NCBI GenBank assembly: GCA_963783575.1
Contig: CAWAOD010000005.1
Span: forward strand, 1-64,000
Direction of reading: 5' to 3'
Length of the DNA: 64,000 nt
Origin: an uncultured Spirochaetota bacterium
GTDB taxonomy: Bacteria > Spirochaetota > Brevinematia > Brevinematales > JAOACQ01
Every line of letters starts with the position of its first letter. The first letter of the stretch is position 1. Of this stretch, positions 32,532 to 42,869 are shown in pieces. The position numbers were made by a program, and so were the translations under genes. The notes beneath the pieces are model-generated. The model worked only from the letters and a program-made list of their open reading frames with translations, was not told where the DNA came from and did not search any database.

Positions 32532-32801
32532 ATGATTACAGAATACAAAGTGGCGGAAGCTAAAGAAAATCTGGATCAGCTTCTGGATATGGCCAATTCG
32601 AGCCATGTACCGATTAAAATCATAAGGAAGAAATCTCCTTCCGCTTATGTTATATCGGAAGACGATTATGATTCGCTTGAAGAAACTCTTTATCTTCTTA
32701 GTAATCCGGCTAATGCGGCGCATTTGAGAAGATCGATAAAAAGCAAAAAGAGAGTCCGGTTTAATTCCTTAGAGGATTTGAAGCATGAAATTGGACTTTA
32801 G
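32532..32801 (+). CDS. yefM: Phd/YefM antitoxin
   Basis: EAKENL...ISEDDYDSLEETLYLLSNPANAAHLRRSI. Confidence 0.9.
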   Translation: MITEYKVAEAKENLDQLLDMANSSHVPIKIIRKKSPSAYVISEDDYDSLEETLYLLSNPANAAHLRRSIKSKKRVRFNSLEDLKHEIGL

Positions 32802-33042
32802 CAGCGAGGCTTTCAGCGATTTGCATGAATGGATAATTACGGAAAAGAAGAAAGCTTCAAAAATCATGGATTTAATAGCCGATATACAAAAGCATCCGTT
32901 TGAAGGGATCGGAAAGCCTGAACCGCTCAAATATGAATGGTCCGGTTATTGGTCAAGAAGAATCGATGGTGAGCATCGTCTTGTTTACAGGATAAAGGGA
33001 GACGCCATCGAAATTGCATCTTGTAAATATCATTACAGTTAA
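32785..33042 (+). CDS. yoeB: Txe/YoeB toxin
   Basis: PFEGIGKPEPLKY...GYWSRRIDGEHRLVY...CKYHY. Confidence 0.92.
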   Translation: MKLDFSSEAFSDLHEWIITEKKKASKIMDLIADIQKHPFEGIGKPEPLKYEWSGYWSRRIDGEHRLVYRIKGDAIEIASCKYHYS

Positions 33043-33057
33043 TTGAGGTAGGCGAAG

Positions 33058-33234
33058 ATGAAATCTATTGATCCGATTGTAGAAGAAATGACGAATGCCG
33101 GGAAGAAAATACAGGAAGAATGCGGAAACGATTGGGACAAATTCGCTGAAAGGATTCAGGAGAATGAAAAGAAATTGAAGGCTGAAGGCTGGAAATTTGC
33201 CTACTTAAAACCACAGCGTAGAAAAGCCAGTTAA
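33058..33234 (+). CDS. Orphan homologue of the 62-aa small protein (58 aa, not in the ORF track)
   Basis: MKSIDPIVEEMTNAGKKIQEECGNDWDKFAERIQENEKKLKAEGWKF followed by a different tail. Confidence 0.7.
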   Translation: MKSIDPIVEEMTNAGKKIQEECGNDWDKFAERIQENEKKLKAEGWKFAYLKPQRRKAS

Positions 33235-33235
33235 T

Positions 33236-34249
33236 ATGAATCAGTCGACCTATGTAATCTGCCGAAACGCTGCTTTAATACTTTTGTACACCGTGGCCAA
33301 GTCGAAGGCTATAAAAGCGAAACAAGCGGCTCTGGCCATGGAGTGTACAAAAGCGAAGCGGGGGAAAGCGGCCGCTAAAAAAGCCGCAACTCTCATGGGG
33401 TTTACAGGGAGTAGTTCCCCCAGTTCACTACAGGGGAATACTCCAAATATAGAACCAACATCTTTGCATACAGGCAATTATGCGAATGATTATGGAGCTA
33501 ATATAAATCCAATTACAGGTTCAGTAAATTATGCAAATGATTATAATGCTCCGATAAACCCGAATTATACGGATAATCCAACAAATTACAGGGACACTTC
33601 CTGGCATGGACAGGAAAGCCTTGATAAGGTAAATGATGCATATCAAGACTTTAAGAATCAATACAAAAATGGTAAAATACCTTTCAATAGTTTAACTTAT
33701 GACAGTATTAAAGACTTTGCTGATGATCATAATATGACCGATGCGGAAAGGCTTTATTTCACAGAAAGAATTGCCCATGATAATCCTGAATTTTATTCAA
33801 ATACTAAACTTGCCTATATTGGGACATTCCCAGAGTTAAAAACTCAAACATATTGTGATCGGTACGCATCTTATGTAACCAAGATATATACTGGAAATTC
33901 AGATTTGGAAGCCGCAGGTCATTGGGGTGTACCGTATGCGAATCAATATTTTCAAGATAATTCATATAATACTTATAACGTATCACATGGACAAGATATG
34001 CAAGAGATGGCAAATTTTGGTAAATTGACGTATGCTTCTGATTCAGGACATATAATTGTTATTTCACCTGGAAATGGAAAATGGTCAGAAGATATTTACA
34101 CAATAGGTGAAGAAGATATGCAAGTTTATTTACCTGCTATTGCCCAACAAGGGAGAGATAACTACTTAAATGGTTTAGGCGGAAATTATAACTTACGTAA
34201 TGCTTATAAACCAATTCAAATACCAAATATAATTTATTATAACAAATAG
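33236..34249 (+). CDS. Toxin-tip-like ORF 3: papain-fold (CHAP/NlpC-like) amidase candidate; start uncertain (ATG 33394 possible)
   Basis: TYCDRYASYV...SGHIIVISPG...IAQQG (Cys-His-Gln); contains the junction GFTGSSSPSSLQGNTP. Confidence 0.55.
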   Translation: MNQSTYVICRNAALILLYTVAKSKAIKAKQAALAMECTKAKRGKAAAKKAATLMGFTGSSSPSSLQGNTPNIEPTSLHTGNYANDYGANINPITGSVNYANDYNAPINPNYTDNPTNYRDTSWHGQESLDKVNDAYQDFKNQYKNGKIPFNSLTYDSIKDFADDHNMTDAERLYFTERIAHDNPEFYSNTKLAYIGTFPELKTQTYCDRYASYVTKIYTGNSDLEAAGHWGVPYANQYFQDNSYNTYNVSHGQDMQEMANFGKLTYASDSGHIIVISPGNGKWSEDIYTIGEEDMQVYLPAIAQQGRDNYLNGLGGNYNLRNAYKPIQIPNIIYYNK

Positions 34250-34270
34250 TGATGGAAGGAGCGAATTATT

Positions 34271-35152
34271 ATGAAAAGATATATTTTAATATCTTTACTG
34301 ATATTATTTTGCTTAAATATAAATCTCCTATATAGCCAAAAAGTAATAAATTATCAGAGAATAATTGAATTTTCCGAAAATCAATGGGGTCATGGATTTG
34401 TTATTTCAGCAGACAATTCATTTTTAATTAGTATTTCAGAACATAGTGATAAGAAAGGGTTGAATTGGATTTATTGGTATAAAGATGGAGAAATTACAAA
34501 AAAAATTGATAACGCAATGTTTGGTTCTACAAGTCCTGATGGTAAGTATTATGCTTATATTAATAAAAAGAATGTTTACATATTTAAAAATGATGATACT
34601 CTAATTAATAAATTTGAATTTAAAGGAATGTTATACAAATATATGTGGGATTATAATTCTAATTTCATATTTACAATTGAATTAGTTAACAATCTTTATA
34701 AGATAATTAGATTTGATTTTTTAAATAATAGAAAAGAGGAGATATTAAGTTCATCAAATTATTTTTATCCAATTCCTGTAAAATCAAAAGATATTTTATA
34801 TTTATTGAAAAATTATAATTTTTCAGATAACTCCACAGAAGATTACAAAATAGTAAAATATAATATTAATACAAAAATATTCAATGAAATACATTTACCC
34901 GATGAGAATTATAATATCTTGAATTCATTTACAATATCACCAGATGAAAAATTCATTGTTTATGTAGATAAGAATGACTTAAATATGAATATTATTGAAG
35001 TTAATGAAAAAAAAGTCATCATTAGATTTAAAGTTAATGATTTTCCTGAGAGTTTTAGTTGGGAGTCAAATGATTTATTTTTCATATTTTCTATGGATAA
35101 TAGAGGTATAGATAAATTCAATATGCAAGATTATTTGAAGCCGATAGAATAA
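34271..35152 (+). CDS. Secreted TolB-like beta-propeller protein, putative immunity protein 3
   Basis: Signal peptide; repeats ISADNSFL, SPDGKYYAY, ISPDEKFIVY. Confidence 0.65.
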   Translation: MKRYILISLLILFCLNINLLYSQKVINYQRIIEFSENQWGHGFVISADNSFLISISEHSDKKGLNWIYWYKDGEITKKIDNAMFGSTSPDGKYYAYINKKNVYIFKNDDTLINKFEFKGMLYKYMWDYNSNFIFTIELVNNLYKIIRFDFLNNRKEEILSSSNYFYPIPVKSKDILYLLKNYNFSDNSTEDYKIVKYNINTKIFNEIHLPDENYNILNSFTISPDEKFIVYVDKNDLNMNIIEVNEKKVIIRFKVNDFPESFSWESNDLFFIFSMDNRGIDKFNMQDYLKPIE

Positions 35153-35196
35153 AGCTTCCCGGTTTTTTTATTTTCTCCTTTAGAGCATCCAAACCG

Positions 35197-35340
35197 GAGC
35201 AAAAAGGGAGGAATTCCGAGCAAAAAGCTTCGAAGTCGGAGCTCAGAGGTCGGAATTTGGAGTAAAAAGCCCCGGTGTCGAAGCTCTGAACTAGGAAACC
35301 TGAGTAAAAAGCTTCGGCTTCGAGACTCGGAACTCCGGTT
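35197..35340 (+). repeat. Degenerate 21-bp-period tandem repeat
   Basis: gag(c/t)aaaaag at 35197, 35218, 35260 and 35302; agctc variants at 35239 and 35281. Confidence 0.6.
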
Positions 35341-35533
35341 TACACATTAGCAAAATCTGACGGCAAAGCGAGAGCATGAAGAAAGTAGAAAGATTTTATT
35401 CAAGCCTCGTCAGCCCCATTCCTTACAAAACTGGCAGGCTCGCCGTCTCACACTGCCAGTTTTTCCAGTCAGGGGCATTCCTCGGCTTGCGCGCTCTATT
35501 GGCGGAAGTCAGAGGCAACCGAACCCGCTGACG

Positions 35534-35561
35534 CTTTAACATAATTGTTCTTATGGTCAGG
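35534..35561 (-). other. Single dif-like site
   Basis: Reverse complement cctgaccataa-gaacaa-ttatgttaaag; followed by ggcgaaatcctccgctccc as after the 19205-19232 site. Confidence 0.7.
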
Positions 35562-35773
35562 CCGGGGGGCGAAATCCTCCGCTCCCCAGCAGCATCTGAA
35601 GCGAATCTGAAGAAAAAGTCCAGGATTTTGGACTAATAAAAGAGACATAAAAAGGAATGGACAGAGAGGGAAATTAGGAATGTGGTTATTGGAATAAGGC
35701 GAATAAAAGAAAGGAAGAGGAATGGAAGGCAGCAAAAATATCCATATTGTCTTATTTAACTTTAATAATTTTC

Positions 35774-37027
35774 TTAATATTGGCATATAGGACAAGCGGC
35801 GAGACGATTTTCATGGATTCTTTGCAAACGGGCTTGTTCGAAACCGGATTGAATGGAAATAAAATCAGGTTTTTTACCAAAGTAAGCTTCGGCAGGAGTC
35901 TGGTATTTATGAGCATGGTGAGGCCGGACATGATTATATTCCTGGACTGCTGTTTCAAGATACCTTTCAAGTTCCTTAAGGTCATGAAATTTGGAACGCA
36001 AAAGCCAGGAATACTTGAGGGTTTTATTGACAGCTTCGATCATACTGTTTGAAAAATGAATATCTTTCAAAGCTATCAAATGTCTGATAGAGATTTTATC
36101 TTTAAGAAATTGTTTAATGAGGTCATTATCATTTTCAGTACCGCCATCCGTCAGAAATATGATATATGAATCAATATGTTCGGTAAAATTTCTGAAAATT
36201 TTATCATAGGATTCCTTCAGGTTGGAAAGAGCTATATCTGCAGATAGTGAAAGAGAAACTTTGTAAGAAATGATAAAACGTGAAAAATTATCAATGAGAA
36301 TATAGATGTAGGCTGTGAGTCCGTTAAGGAGTTTCAGGCAGGTAACATCGGCGTGGATGACCTCATTGGGAAAGGAAGCCCGGATTCCTTTTTCATAGCG
36401 GGGTTTTTTAATGATGAAGCGCTTAAACCCAAGAAGTTTTGAGTATTTATAGAAGGAATCGCGGCAGATAAAAAGCCTTTTTTTTCTGACAGATTCTGAA
36501 TGGATGGAATGAACAGACCACTTATGATATGCTGGATCAAATAAGATATTTTTCATTTCATAAAGTTCTCTTTGTGAAATCTGATTAGGCCAGACTTTTG
36601 GACATTTATGTATGGGCGAGATTAGGCACTTTGTTTTAAGAAGAAAGAATTTACAGGCTCTTTCAATGGTAAGTTTGAAACGGTTAACAAGGAAATAAAC
36701 GGCTTTTACGGTAATATCCTGAATTTTATCAAGATACCCGGCAGGTTTATGAATAAGCAGGTATTGTATTTTATTTTTAAAGGAATATACATGAACAATA
36801 ATCCTGGTCATTAATAGTAATGATTTTGAGGATGAGACGGTTTTAAAAAGGGGCATAAATTTGGATTCGAATTCCCTGTATTCTAGTCCAAAAAGAGAGG
36901 AAAGGTCGTAATTCATAAGATGATAATAGGATGATTTTGAAATATTATCGCGGATGGATTCATAATTTAAAAGGCCAAGCTGCAGAGCGAGTGTAAAACT
37001 ATGATCATATTTTCTTATGAAACGCAT
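35774..37027 (-). mobile_element. IS transposase, DDE/rve integrase core (IS3/IS481-like; element ends not resolved)
   Basis: PNEVIHADVT, IDNFSR, LTDGGTEN, NSMIEAVNKTLK, YNHVRPH...TPAE. Confidence 0.85.
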
Positions 37028-37568
37028 ATAAAGTCCTTATTCATTTAATTTAATAAAAAATGATAATGTAAAAGACAGGCTATAGTCAATATGACTTTGG
37101 TTACATTTTGATGTGACGTCTGTCATATTTTTAGAATGATAAAAATGTGACAAATATCATATTGACAATCGGGGTATTTGTAGGATATAATAATTCCGTA
37201 ATGGTAACAAATGTTAATAGAATTAAGGCAGCTTGTACAACCAAATGCGCAGGCACACGTCTCCGGTTGCTTACGGAGCTTCTTCTAAGGCGTACACGAT
37301 GTACGCCGCTGAGCGCGGATGAGGCAGGATGCCGAATCGCGCGATTACGCAGTAAGCAAGCGGAGACGTGTGCCGGAGCAGTTGATGGAAAAGGGGGGAT
37401 ACTACTACTAGACAGGGCGGGACATAGCACAAAAAACTGAACAAGAAAAATGATGCCCGTAGGATGGAAAAAAGAGCTTTAAGAATAAACCTGGGTGGGA
37501 TCGGTATAGGGTGCCCTGTAAAGTCCCCAAAATTGCTTTAATTATTTTTCTTTTACAAGGCTTTCGAA

Positions 37569-37690
37569 GCGCGGCGTCCGAAACGGCACACTTTCCAGAG
37601 CGGCCAGGGACGGCCGCGGGCCGGAGATCTGTCCGAAGCAGGATGCAAGTTTACGGAGGCCTGGAAAGTGTGCCGTTTCGGACGCCGCGC
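37569..37690. repeat. Perfect 30-bp inverted repeat with 62-nt loop
   Basis: gcgcggcgtccgaaacggcacactttccag (37569-37598) and its exact reverse complement (37661-37690). Confidence 0.85.
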
Positions 37691-38384
37691 TCGACAGCAA
37701 CCCGCGCTCTCGCGCGATTATGTCGGTGCGGCCAGCGGAGCAATCGGCGGAGCGCTTAGAGGCATGATGAGCGGCGTTGATATGGGACAGGCGGGATCGA
37801 CTGTATACGGCGGTGTAAGCGGATCAATAGGCGCTTATAGCGGATATAATCAACAGAAAGCCGCTGAAGCTGCTCATAGGGATAACGCTCAGAACGAAAT
37901 GGCTGATAATTACAGAAAGAACAATGAAGATATGATGTATGATTACAAAAGGGCTAAGTTTGAACAGGGATTAACACAGCCGATAGGTTATATGATTGGT
38001 GAAACTACTGCAGGGATAAGGACTGTGAGCAACACATCAAATTTACCGCCTGAATATCGTGTACGTGATACTGAAACATATAATTATGGCTTTGCTAGCG
38101 GATCACCGGGGGATCCTCGAATAATAACTGTTGGTGGAGTTGGAGATAATAAACAGTATTTAGATACTACCACTTTGCTGAACAATGATAATTATAAAAA
38201 ATTGGTCGAAGAAAAGCCAATGAAAATGCAAGAAATACTGCACGAAAGAGAAATGAATGAGAGTAATTATAATGAAAGGATATATTCGACGAAAAATTGG
38301 CGGAATACCGAAAATAAATTGAATGCTGCAATGGCTCAAATTGATACTAATATAAACGGTCAAAAAATGGCCGGCGGCGGTTGA
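37668..38384 (+). CDS. Probable fragment of a polymorphic-toxin-like gene (Gly/Ala-rich linker plus polar domain)
   Basis: GAASGAIGGALRG...GGVSGSIGAYSG followed by an AT-rich N/Y/D-rich region; no convincing start. Confidence 0.4.
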   Translation: MCRFGRRARQQPALSRDYVGAASGAIGGALRGMMSGVDMGQAGSTVYGGVSGSIGAYSGYNQQKAAEAAHRDNAQNEMADNYRKNNEDMMYDYKRAKFEQGLTQPIGYMIGETTAGIRTVSNTSNLPPEYRVRDTETYNYGFASGSPGDPRIITVGGVGDNKQYLDTTTLLNNDNYKKLVEEKPMKMQEILHEREMNESNYNERIYSTKNWRNTENKLNAAMAQIDTNINGQKMAGGG

Positions 38385-38694
38385 TTAATCAATGATATTG
38401 CAAATGTGCTGCAGCAAAAGGGGATTGATTTTTCACCACAAGATATAGACAGGCTTGCTGATGAAAATGATTGTTATATATATAAAAACAAAATCCTTGA
38501 TATTATAAGAACAATCCCATTTTTTGTAATAAGCATTGTTACCAACTTCTGGAAATGGGTTTTTCGGGGCTCTTCTGAATGATGGTTTGTGTGAACTGGA
38601 CTGATCTGTGCAAAAGAAATATTGACACTTTTTGTAAAAGTTCTTATAGAGGAGCCATTTTCGATAGTAACTCAAGCTCTCGAGCAATTCACCT

Positions 38695-39315
38695 TTAAAA
38701 ATATCCCTGCAGCAGGATTAATTTGAAAAAAGGAAGTTGAGTCATGGGAATATAAATAAAAAAAGCTGCTTCCATAAAAGGCAGGAAAGGTATTCTTTCC
38801 TTTTTTTTATAAACAACAAGGCGGATAAGCCCGTAGCATAAGGCAAATATAGCCGCCAAAAATCCTATGATGAAAACCGAATGTGGCATAACCAGAAGAC
38901 TCAGTCCTGTAAAAATCGCAACATCTCCAAGGCCCAGACCTCTGCCTTTTGTTATGATAAATGGTATCAGGAGAAAAAGCAGGCCTGATATAACCGCAAT
39001 TAAATTCGATATAAAAGGCAGAACTATTAAAACTCTCAATAATATTACCGGTATTAAAAATATTATAATTGAGAAAATCGAAACAGCTTGAAATTTTATA
39101 TCATAAATACTTAAGAAATTTAAAACAATGAATAAAAGCCAGTAGAGCAAAAAAATCTGAATAGGAATAAATTTATAAAAATAATAAAAGGCTGTTGAAA
39201 ACGCCATCAAAAAAATGATTATTGTAATTCGGTTTATCCTGTAAATATAAAAATAGGTTAAATAGGATACAATTAAAAATCCGGCTGATAAAAGTATTTT
39301 CAACAGCATTTTCAA
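38695..39315 (-). CDS. Prepilin peptidase-like (A24) membrane protein
   Basis: LSIYDIK, GLGLGD, IPFLPF. Confidence 0.7.
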   Translation of the reverse strand: MKMLLKILLSAGFLIVSYLTYFYIYRINRITIIIFLMAFSTAFYYFYKFIPIQIFLLYWLLFIVLNFLSIYDIKFQAVSIFSIIIFLIPVILLRVLIVLPFISNLIAVISGLLFLLIPFIITKGRGLGLGDVAIFTGLSLLVMPHSVFIIGFLAAIFALCYGLIRLVVYKKKERIPFLPFMEAAFFIYIPMTQLPFFKLILLQGYF

Positions 39316-40169
39316 TTGTCCCGGGAATGTTTTTGTAACAGTGTTAAAAAGTCCAGACTGCTTTTGATTACAGAACGGGTTTCGTCATTGTCATCCAGAG
39401 CATCGAAGGCATGGCGGCCGGTTTTATGACGGATTAAGGTTATGTTTAAGCCTTTTTCTCCTGCAAGCCTGTAAAATTCCTCGTTTGAATCTTTAATGAT
39501 CTTCATGCTGTCCCTTTCTGATTTTACGGTAAGAAAAGGCGGCAGGCCGGTGTTTGTTAAAGGACTGAAAATTTTCAGGATATCGACAGGAGAATATTCC
39601 GGGTATTTTGTTTTTAACAGGCCGTAATATATTATTACGCCTTTTATATAATCCTGATTTTCCCTTAAAATCCAGCTAACTCCTGCTGCTCCACCGGCTG
39701 AAAAGACCCATATAAATATATTGTCCCTGTCAAGCCTGTATTCTTCACTATGATTTCTTAAAAAATTCACCATATCTTTAAAGTCTTTTTCTGCAAGATC
39801 ACCATTTTTTCCCATGTCTGAATTACCGTGATTGAAAGTTATGCCCGCGAATCCTTTTGAAGCCGCCAATCTGCCGTAGTCTTTAAATATCTGCCAGTTT
39901 TTTGCATTTCTTATGAGGAATTTCGGTCCGTCGCCATGGATAAAGATAACACAGGGATAAGCGCCTGATTTATTTTCATCGGGTGGAAGATAAAGATCAA
40001 ACATTAATATTTTTCCGTTTCTTTCATTATAAATAAGATTTTTCTTAATTACTGTGTTTTTGTGATCCTCTATTTTGTACAGAAGATTTTTTCCTGTGAT
40101 ATAATGAATGTAGAATATGGAGAAAATTACATAAATAGCTATAACGGCAAGTATAATTATTATGGGCAT
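39312..40169 (-). CDS. Alpha/beta hydrolase
   Basis: DLYLP, IFIHG, FSAGG, HAFD. Confidence 0.85.
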   Translation of the reverse strand: MPIIIILAVIAIYVIFSIFYIHYITGKNLLYKIEDHKNTVIKKNLIYNERNGKILMFDLYLPPDENKSGAYPCVIFIHGDGPKFLIRNAKNWQIFKDYGRLAASKGFAGITFNHGNSDMGKNGDLAEKDFKDMVNFLRNHSEEYRLDRDNIFIWVFSAGGAAGVSWILRENQDYIKGVIIYYGLLKTKYPEYSPVDILKIFSPLTNTGLPPFLTVKSERDSMKIIKDSNEEFYRLAGEKGLNITLIRHKTGRHAFDALDDNDETRSVIKSSLDFLTLLQKHSRDN

Positions 40170-40187
40170 AAATACTCCTTATTTTAA

Positions 40188-41333
40188 TTAAAACAGGACC
40201 TCAAACCTGATCGCGTATTCCAGTTTCGGCGAAATAACCCATGTCAAACCGTCTATATTATTATCATAATACCGTAAATAGGCGGTCATATTAACGTTCT
40301 GGAAGATATTTCTGAAATACTGAGCGGTCAGGAATGTAGCCGGCTGAAGCGGATTATAGATTACGCTCAGGCTTGCCTGCTGAATTTCATCGATCTGGTA
40401 CTGGCTTAAAAAAAAGAGATAATGCCGGTTATAAAAAAGCCTGTTTATTGTGGAAATATTCCCGGGTGTTACCTGATCAGGGTCTATCGGTTTTTCATTA
40501 TAATAATATTCAAGGAGAAAGATGAGTTTACTGTCAAAAAATGAGTAATCGGCGCCGAGCATGCCCTCGAAATAATTGCTTATATTATCATTAAAGAAGT
40601 GTTCGACAGCTTCCCCATGGATTCCTATCTCAATGTCACCTTTGAAGGTAAGCCCTGCAATCGCTTCATTTCCGGCGCCCCTGTATATTCCAATAGCGGA
40701 TAAATCATAGCCCGAGATATTCGCGAAAAGCTTAACCGCGGAAGTGTTATTTGATAAATGGGAAGTTAAAGATGTAACGAGGTCAAGCCCTGCGGTTGAA
40801 TTGAAGGGGACCTTTATCTCGGCAATATCAGAACCGTTCCTTGTAAAATTGATGTCGCTGAGGTCGATGGCAGAAAAAACATTAATCGGCGAGAATAATT
40901 CACCCACCCCGAAATTAATTATCTGCCTGCCCAGTGTGATGTCAGCAAAATCGGGATACAATTCCAGATAGAGTTTTCTCAGGTTGAACATTATGGCGGT
41001 TTGATTCCCGGAGGAAAAGAGAGCCGGTAGAGCGGTTCCATACTGGGCCATGTAAGAATCGGCATATTCCCCGTAAAAAAGGTTAACATCAAGGCTTCCT
41101 TCGATTTTGGCGGAGCTTCTGTCACGGTTCAGCAAATTAAGCCTTAATGTGTTTTCCCCGGCATAGGCGAATGTCGTATTATTCGAATCATAGCTGTAAT
41201 ATTGATTGATGATATTATCATTGATGATGCGTCCGTTTATATCAAGCCCTTTATTATCGTTATCCTCTGCGGTTGAAATGCTGGCAGAAGCAAAAATAAA
41301 AAATGTTAATATTGAATATTTTAAATTACCCAT
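40188..41333 (-). CDS. Probable outer-membrane beta-barrel protein
   Basis: Signal peptide; GRQIINFG..FSP; terminal Phe; lies in a Lol-like operon. Confidence 0.65.
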   Translation of the reverse strand: MGNLKYSILTFFIFASASISTAEDNDNKGLDINGRIINDNIINQYYSYDSNNTTFAYAGENTLRLNLLNRDRSSAKIEGSLDVNLFYGEYADSYMAQYGTALPALFSSGNQTAIMFNLRKLYLELYPDFADITLGRQIINFGVGELFSPINVFSAIDLSDINFTRNGSDIAEIKVPFNSTAGLDLVTSLTSHLSNNTSAVKLFANISGYDLSAIGIYRGAGNEAIAGLTFKGDIEIGIHGEAVEHFFNDNISNYFEGMLGADYSFFDSKLIFLLEYYYNEKPIDPDQVTPGNISTINRLFYNRHYLFFLSQYQIDEIQQASLSVIYNPLQPATFLTAQYFRNIFQNVNMTAYLRYYDNNIDGLTWVISPKLEYAIRFEVLF

Positions 41334-41763
41334 TCTCCCCTCCTTCGGAGAGCCTGTCCTGAGCTTGGCGAAGGAGGTTAGGGGTGGGTGGCATATTAAG
41401 GATATTATTTTTTATCCAATCTCTAATGCTATTCACAACTTTCTCAGGGTTTTTTCTTACTTCCATATCAGAAAATCTTATACATTTTATTCCAAGTTTT
41501 TCAAGTTTATACTGACGAATATAATCGTCTTCCTTCATTCCATTGTGAGTTATACCATCTATTTCAATAGCTAGCATTAGTTCCTTACAAAAAAAATCCA
41601 CAATATAATTGTCTATTGGCTTTTGCCGGTCAAAATTAAAGCCAATTATATTTTTACCTTTTAGATATTTCCATAGAAGTTCTTCTGATAATGTGCTATT
41701 TTTACGAAGTTTTCTGGCTAATTCTTTTAATCTGGGATTGTATGCTAATATCTTCCATTTCAT
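41326..41763 (-). CDS. DUF559 (Vsr-like) endonuclease
   Basis: ARKLRKNSTLSEELLW...RQKPIDNYIVDF..LAIEIDG..H. Start moved to ATG 41763. Confidence 0.88.
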   Translation of the reverse strand: MKWKILAYNPRLKELARKLRKNSTLSEELLWKYLKGKNIIGFNFDRQKPIDNYIVDFFCKELMLAIEIDGITHNGMKEDDYIRQYKLEKLGIKCIRFSDMEVRKNPEKVVNSIRDWIKNNILNMPPTPNLLRQAQDRLSEGGENG

Positions 41764-41830
41764 ATTACCCACCCCAAGCCCCTCCGCAGGAGGGGAAATT
41801 GTATTACAGAGCTGAAGCAGAGAAAAAAGT

Positions 41831-42580
41831 TCATCTCTCAAGATACCGGATTGAGAAAATATTCTCGTTTACCTTAATGTCGAATTTAATATCTGTCATA
41901 GTCATAACGGTTTTGCTGTTTTCTCTGAGTTTATCGGATATCTCCGATTTTACAGGGTAATACCTGTCGCCGATCTTTTCAACATCCAGGCTTCTGGATT
42001 CTTTAAGCAATTTTCCGCTTAATGCGTACATCTCTTCCTTGAGTTGAATATAACGTTCCTTATCTATCCACATTTTTCTTACATCATAAGGAACATTTTT
42101 TACTTTAGCTTTTAATGTAATTATCCAGCAGTCCCTGCCGTCGACAGTTTCATTGCCTGTAATTTCTATGGAATACTTTTCATAAAGCGATTCGGATTCC
42201 AGCGCGTCCTCATAAGAAACATCGCTGCCCATGATCCCCTGTTTGAGCATATGTCCCGAAATAAGGAAGGTATTATTCTCCTCGCCGTCATGAATCCACA
42301 TACTCTTGTCCAGCTTGAGGTATTTTGTGTTGATGTCTTCTTTATTTATAAATTCCACATAAGCCTTTTTATCCCCTATTGCGGTAACCTTCATAACCTT
42401 CGACCTGGGCTTTTCATCCCCCCCCGGGAGTATCTCCATTGTACCGGTATATTCCATTGTGCCGAATTTTATGTTTGCGTCGACTTTCCTGAGTATTTCC
42501 TCACCTGTGATAGAATATAGAAAGGTGTTCAATAAAAATAAAAGGCTTATTAATAAAATGGCTTTTTTTGTTGTATCCAT
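41831..42580 (-). CDS. LolA-like outer-membrane lipoprotein-sorting protein
   Basis: Signal peptide; MGSDVSYED; F..RYL C-terminus. Confidence 0.8.
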   Translation of the reverse strand: MDTTKKAILLISLLFLLNTFLYSITGEEILRKVDANIKFGTMEYTGTMEILPGGDEKPRSKVMKVTAIGDKKAYVEFINKEDINTKYLKLDKSMWIHDGEENNTFLISGHMLKQGIMGSDVSYEDALESESLYEKYSIEITGNETVDGRDCWIITLKAKVKNVPYDVRKMWIDKERYIQLKEEMYALSGKLLKESRSLDVEKIGDRYYPVKSEISDKLRENSKTVMTMTDIKFDIKVNENIFSIRYLER

Positions 42581-42869
42581 AAATTTTCTCCTTTATAACC
42601 TGTATGTAATGTCAAAAGTTTTCGATTATTTGTTTAATAACTTAGTACTATATTTACAAATAAAGTCCTGTTCTATAACCTCCCCTCCCGTGGAGCGATG
42701 CATTGAGCCTGCCTGCCTGGTAGCAGACAGGTCGAATGTGGTAGTGGGTCGTCTCGATAGTATAGAAAGAAGCGGTAGACTCGACGATCGGTTCCCGAGT
42801 CCACTTCTTCCTGCTTTACAGCTGTAATCCGAAGCTATTAAGAAGTTTTTTACCAATCCTAGCAGCCTT

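Larger units (their letters stand above)
24628..35561 (+). mobile_element. Integrative element copy 3 (divergent mosaic; boundaries approximate)
   Basis: Same gene order as copy 2, with a different repressor, TA modules, primase C-terminus and toxin cassette. Confidence 0.8.

Noticed and set aside
35197..35340. CRISPR array
   Set aside because: Units are short and degenerate with no unique spacers, and no cas genes are present.
37131..37759. ORFs 37131-37430, 37147-37440 and 37511-37759
   Set aside because: They run through GC-rich inverted repeats, with no RBS or motif support.
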